From: Limosilactobacillus gorillae | Lineage (GTDB): Bacteria > Verrucomicrobiota > Kiritimatiellia > RFP12 > UBA1067 | Assembly: GCA_963653155.1 (NCBI GenBank) | Contig: CAVJWR010000002.1 | Span: forward strand, 1-52,419 | Reading direction: 5' to 3' | DNA length: 52,419 bases | Shown: one piece after another, positions 52,404 through 52,419 of the stretch | How positions within the stretch are numbered: position 1 is the first letter of the stretch | Layout: every line of letters starts with the position of its first letter | The notes under the pieces: model-generated | Databases searched by the model: none | Told to the model about the DNA's origin: nothing | What the model saw: the letters and a program-made list of their open reading frames with translations, nothing else | Made by a program: the position numbers and the translations under genes

Positions 52404-52419
52404 TGTCAGAATTCCTCTC

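Noticed and set aside
1-52419. A search for tRNA, rRNA, CRISPR arrays, riboswitch-like leaders and toxin-antitoxin pairs.
   Set aside because: I saw no T-loop (GGTTCGAAT-type) or cloverleaf-compatible segments. No regularly spaced direct repeats were present, and no small adjacent ORF pairs with TA-like features. Intergenic regions are short and are accounted for by promoters, hairpins and the two repeat families.

Overview
High-GC (by eye) bacterial chromosomal window of about 43 genes. All but three are on the minus strand, often with 1-4 nt overlaps. I found no rRNA, tRNA, CRISPR array, integrase, transposase or phage gene. Layout: (1) 1-10.6 kb is housekeeping: rpmB, rpsA, a TIGR03905 Cys protein, an orphan KAS, a NahK-like kinase, RNase R, a DEAD-box helicase, tatA, hisI and htpG. 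(2) 10.7-17.0 kb is a three-gene secreted beta-helix/glycan locus. (3) 17.1-21.8 kb holds rnhC, comF, pyrG and carA. (4) 23.2-41.4 kb is a carbohydrate block. It contains a 9-gene translationally coupled operon (split transketolase, MFS, SDR, DUF4838, a triple-module secreted protein, a TAT phosphoesterase, a TIM-barrel protein and a TAT Gfo/Idh/MocA enzyme). It also contains a dehydrogenase / sugar-phosphate antiporter / PfkB kinase operon and two XylR-like AraC regulators. (5) 41.4-52.4 kb holds nadE, P-II plus amtB behind a sigma54 promoter, an RND efflux pair, a small surface repeat protein, a FlbD-like/lysine-rich/winged-helix protein and a beta-propeller protein. The gene content suggests a glycan-degrading PVC-type bacterium, but this is inference only. 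Most unusual observations: (a) Two dispersed palindromic repeat families are present. One sits in-frame inside carA. The other is REPIN-like with covarying hairpin stems, and one of its copies is read through by an ORF. (b) A relic copy of the nadE 3' end at 23.1 kb forms a direct repeat with the real nadE 3' end at 41.4 kb, bracketing the whole carbohydrate block like an att duplication, yet no integrase is present. (c) Extended -10 boxes (TGnTATAAT) recur, and several sit 6-11 nt from a start codon, which suggests leaderless transcripts. (d) Several architectures are uncharacterised: the triple YxxSxGTQxIDTG-type module protein, a shared C-terminal G-x-L-L-x-I tail on two secreted proteins, and a FlbD-like fusion. 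All family assignments come from reading the translations and were not checked by database search.
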